Made by a program: the position numbers and the translations under genes. A stretch of 64,000 nt of DNA from Lysobacterales bacterium (GTDB lineage: Bacteria > Pseudomonadota > Gammaproteobacteria > Xanthomonadales > SZUA-5), in contig JABAQR010000048.1 of assembly GCA_019187485.1 (NCBI GenBank), positions 25,979 through 89,978 of the forward strand. Reading direction: 5' to 3'. Position 1 is the stretch's first letter. Each line of letters begins with the position of its first letter. The notes beneath the pieces were generated by a model that did no database searches, was not told the DNA's origin, and saw nothing but the letters and a program-made list of their open reading frames with translations. Shown here piece by piece: positions 60,862 to 64,000 of this stretch.

Positions 60862-63114
60862 ATGACCCTCTCCCGCAGCAAGCAGCTCAACCGCGCCGAA
60901 GTCGTCGACCAGAACTTCACCGCCAGCGTGCGCGCCTGGAACGGCGCCCCGAAGGCGCGCCAGCGCGGCGACAGCGAGATCCTGTGCGCGGGCACCTCGC
61001 TGACGGTCGGCGCCTTCCGCGAATTGTTCGAATCGCAGCTGATCAGCCGCCACCTGGACCTGATGGCGCGCGTGCTGCGCGTTCAGAACAAGGTCTTCTA
61101 CACCATCGGCAGCTCAGGCCACGAGGGCAATGCGATGGTCGCGCGGCTGACGCGCCACACCGATCCGGCCTTCCTGCACTACCGTTCCGGCGGCTTCATG
61201 GCCGAGCGCTTCCGCAAGCTGCCGGGCATGGACCCGATCATGGATTCGGCGCTGAGTTTCGCCGCGAGCAAGCTCGACCCGGCCTCCGGCGGGCGCCACA
61301 AGGTGTGGGGCAGCAAGCCGCTGTGGGTGCTGCCGCAGACCTCCACGATTGCCAGCCACCCGCCGAAGGCCTTCGGCACCGCGATGGCGATCGACCAGGC
61401 CAAGCGCATCGGCCATGAGTTGCCGATTCCCGACGACAGCATCGTCATCTGCAGCTTCGGCGACGCCAGCGCCAACCACGCCACCGCGCAGGGCGCCTTC
61501 AACGCCGCCGAGTGGGCCGGCTACCAGCAGATCAAGGCGCCGGTGCTGTTCGTCTGCGAGGACAACGGCATCGGCATCTCGGTGCGCACGCCGACCGGCT
61601 GGATCGCGCACAGCTTCGCCCAACGCCAGCACATGCAGTACTTCGCCGCCGACGGCCTGGACCTGGCGGACGGTTACGACCAGGTGGCCGCGGCGGTCGA
61701 CTACTGCCGCCGCGAGCGCAAGCCCACCTTCCTGCACCTGCGCACCACCCGCCTGATGGGTCATGCCGGCACCGACTTCGAGATCGAATACCGCAACTTC
61801 GACGACATCTTCGCCGGCGAGGCCGCCGACCCGCTGCTGCGCTCGGCCACGCTGGCGCTGGAGTACGGCGTGTACTCGGCCGACGAGCTGCTGGCGCACT
61901 ACGAGGACATCCGCGCGCGCTGCTTCCAGGCCGCCGAGGCCGCGGACCAGACGCCCAAGCTGACCACGCTGGAAGAGGTCGTCGCCCCGCTGGCGCCGTA
62001 CACCCCGGACGCGGTGATGGCCGAGGCCACGCGCGCACCGTCCAACGAGGAGCGCGCCAAGGTCTTCGGCGCCACCTTGCCGGAGGCGCAGCCGGGCAAG
62101 CACCTCGCCATCCTGATCAACCAGGCGCTGCACGATCTGATGCTGAAGTACCCGTCCTCGCTGCTGTTCGGCGAGGACGTGGCGCAGAAGGGCGGCGTCT
62201 ATACCGTCACCAAGGGCCTGTGGAACAAGTTCAAGGGCGCACGGGTGTTCAACACCCTGCTCGACGAGACCACCATCCTCGGCCTCGCGCAGGGCCTGGC
62301 GAACCTCGGCATGCTGCCGATCCCGGAAATCCAGTACCTCGCCTACTACCACAACGCCTGCGACCAGATCCGCGGCGAGGCGGCCTCGCTGCAGTTCTTC
62401 TCCAACAACCAGTACCGCAACCCGATGGTCATCCGCATCGCGGGCCTGGGCTACCAGAAGGGCTTCGGCGGGCACTTCCACAACGACAACTCGATGGCCG
62501 CGCTGCGCGACATCCCGGGCCTGACCATCGCCTGCCCCAGCCGCGGCGACGACGCCGCGATGATGCTGCGCACGCTGATGGCACTGTCGCATGTCGATGG
62601 CCGCGTCTCGGTGTTCCTGGAGCCGATCGCGCTGTACATGACCAAGGATCTGCACGAGGCGGGCGACGGTGCGTGGTCCTTCGCCTACCCCGCGCCGGAC
62701 CAGGCGATCGCCCTCGGCGAGCCGCGCCTGTACGGCGAGAACAACACCGACCTCTTGATCGTCGGCTACGGCAACGCGATCCCGATGTCGCTGCGCGTGG
62801 CGAAGCAACTGGAGGCCGAGCGCGGCATCAAGACCCGCGTGATGGACCTGCGCTGGCTGCAGCCGCTCAACGACGCCGCCATCGCCACGCACGGCCGCCA
62901 GTGCGCGCGCATCCTCGTCGTCGACGAAGGCCGCAAGAGCGCCGGCCCCGGCGAGGGCGTGATCACCGCGCTGGTCGAGGGCGGCTGCGGCGACAAGCCG
63001 ACCGCGCGCGTCTGCGGCACCGACACCTACACCCCGCTGGCCGGCGCCGCCAACCTGGTGCTGCCCTCGGACGCGACGATCAAGGCGGCGGCGCTGGAAT
63101 TGCTGGCGCGCTGA
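60862..63114 (+). CDS. Fused alpha-beta E1 component of a TPP-dependent 2-oxoacid dehydrogenase
   Basis: 750 aa. The N-terminal half has the E1-alpha TPP motif region (FGDASANHATAQGAFNAAEW...VCEDNGIGIS). The C-terminal half is E1-beta/transketolase-like (FGEDVAQKGGVYTVTKGL...FNTLLDET). Start chosen at MTLSRSK. Confidence 0.8.
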   Translation: MTLSRSKQLNRAEVVDQNFTASVRAWNGAPKARQRGDSEILCAGTSLTVGAFRELFESQLISRHLDLMARVLRVQNKVFYTIGSSGHEGNAMVARLTRHTDPAFLHYRSGGFMAERFRKLPGMDPIMDSALSFAASKLDPASGGRHKVWGSKPLWVLPQTSTIASHPPKAFGTAMAIDQAKRIGHELPIPDDSIVICSFGDASANHATAQGAFNAAEWAGYQQIKAPVLFVCEDNGIGISVRTPTGWIAHSFAQRQHMQYFAADGLDLADGYDQVAAAVDYCRRERKPTFLHLRTTRLMGHAGTDFEIEYRNFDDIFAGEAADPLLRSATLALEYGVYSADELLAHYEDIRARCFQAAEAADQTPKLTTLEEVVAPLAPYTPDAVMAEATRAPSNEERAKVFGATLPEAQPGKHLAILINQALHDLMLKYPSSLLFGEDVAQKGGVYTVTKGLWNKFKGARVFNTLLDETTILGLAQGLANLGMLPIPEIQYLAYYHNACDQIRGEAASLQFFSNNQYRNPMVIRIAGLGYQKGFGGHFHNDNSMAALRDIPGLTIACPSRGDDAAMMLRTLMALSHVDGRVSVFLEPIALYMTKDLHEAGDGAWSFAYPAPDQAIALGEPRLYGENNTDLLIVGYGNAIPMSLRVAKQLEAERGIKTRVMDLRWLQPLNDAAIATHGRQCARILVVDEGRKSAGPGEGVITALVEGGCGDKPTARVCGTDTYTPLAGAANLVLPSDATIKAAALELLAR

Positions 63115-63729
63115 AGCGCGGGGCGCGGACGCCTCGCACTCTCTGCTCGCTCGGCACCGAACCCGCGATCGACGCGAGCGCCTGTCCCGACGAATCCCAA
63201 CAGCAGCAAATCGAGTTGAAGGCGCACAAGGTCACGCCGACCCGGGACGAGAAGTTGAAGGCACGCCACATCGAGTCCGGTCCGCAGCACCCCCGCGACT
63301 CCGGGGGAAGTGGCGGACCCTTCATCGCCACTGCGCAACCGTCCGACCGCTCCGGCGTGTGCATCATCGGCTTCGGCTCGTCGCCTTCCCGACACGGTCC
63401 GCCGGCCTCACGGCCAGCGGACACACCGGAGCTCTCCCGGCTCCCGCACGAAGCGCTTCTCCACGCGCCAGGTTCCAGGACCTCGCCGGAACGTCGCCAC
63501 ACCCGCAATGAGCGCGTCGCCGCGTACTGCCTTCCGCCGAATGAACAGCGTCGGCGCCCGGAATCAGGCTTCTTCCGCGGCTCAATGGCCGACCCGTGGA
63601 TGCCCCTGTCCACACTTCACGAAATACCTCACGGTGCGCCATGCAGGACTCGGGGACAGCGTGGATCGCCACTCCTCTCGCTGGCGGGGACTTGCACTCC
63701 TTGCGTCTCGCCAGTTCGCGCCGACGCAA

Positions 63730-64000
63730 TCACTCGAACCCATTCGCGTGCAGCATCTGGGCGCCGTCGACGATCGTCACCGTGGTCGTCGCCGGGCTGC
63801 CGAGGCTGGCACCGCTGGCCTGGCTCAGGTTCAGCGTGAAGCTCTCCTGGGGCTCGACGGCGGGGTCGAAGAGGATCGATAGCGTGATCGTCTTCGCGCC
63901 GGCGTCGCCCGCGGCCCAATTCAGCGTGCCGCTGGCTGCGCCGTAGTCTAGGCCGGCGATGGCGCTGCCATTGGCGGTGGCGTACTGCACGCTCGCCGCC
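63730..64000 (-). CDS. Calx-beta domain protein, C-terminal end (gene continues beyond the window)
   Basis: YATANGSAIAGLDYGAASGTLNWAAGDAGAKTITLSI..D...E..ESFTLNLS is the Calx-beta signature. The protein ends ...MLHANGFE*. Confidence 0.75.
   Translation of the reverse strand, partial: AASVQYATANGSAIAGLDYGAASGTLNWAAGDAGAKTITLSILFDPAVEPQESFTLNLSQASGASLGSPATTTVTIVDGAQMLHANGFE

Overview
Very GC-rich chromosomal segment. The gene order (tpiA-secG-tRNA-Leu-nuoA..N, rpsP-rimM-trmD-rplS, rmlBACD plus a xanB-like gene) looks like a Xanthomonadales-type gammaproteobacterium; that is inference from synteny, no search was run. Most of the window is core housekeeping: thrABC, parC, rnt, pnp-rpsO, a complete 14-gene nuo operon, dTDP-rhamnose genes, and a pxpA/DUF969/DUF979/pcp pyroglutamate module. 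There is also a wax-ester locus with a two-domain acyl-CoA reductase, an ACBP, a TetR regulator, a phasin-like protein and WS/DGAT. I found no transposase, integrase, CRISPR array or prophage. Two things stand out. (1) At 46.4-49.6 kb on the minus strand, three tandem paralogous genes encode small secreted peptides with an invariant symmetric six-cysteine scaffold (C-x3-C-x6-C-x9-C-x6-C-x3-C). They lie downstream of a membrane-anchored CPFC glutaredoxin-fold protein and a large rhomboid protease, and I do not recognise the peptide family. (2) At least eight copies of an unusual intergenic palindromic element are present. Each has two inverted arms made of 3-4 tandem 7-nt (once 9-nt) units around a 30-75 nt centre. 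The unit sequence differs between copies (GGCACGG, GGTTGTC/GGTTGTG, GACGCAAAG), but the two arms of a copy stay complementary. The copies sit exactly at gene junctions, several inside operons. In two cases they contribute coding or translation-initiation sequence (thrB start, rfbC C-terminus). All start codons were chosen by eye from homolog N-termini recalled from memory and from SD-like motifs. The many long reverse-frame ORFs in the track are GC artefacts.
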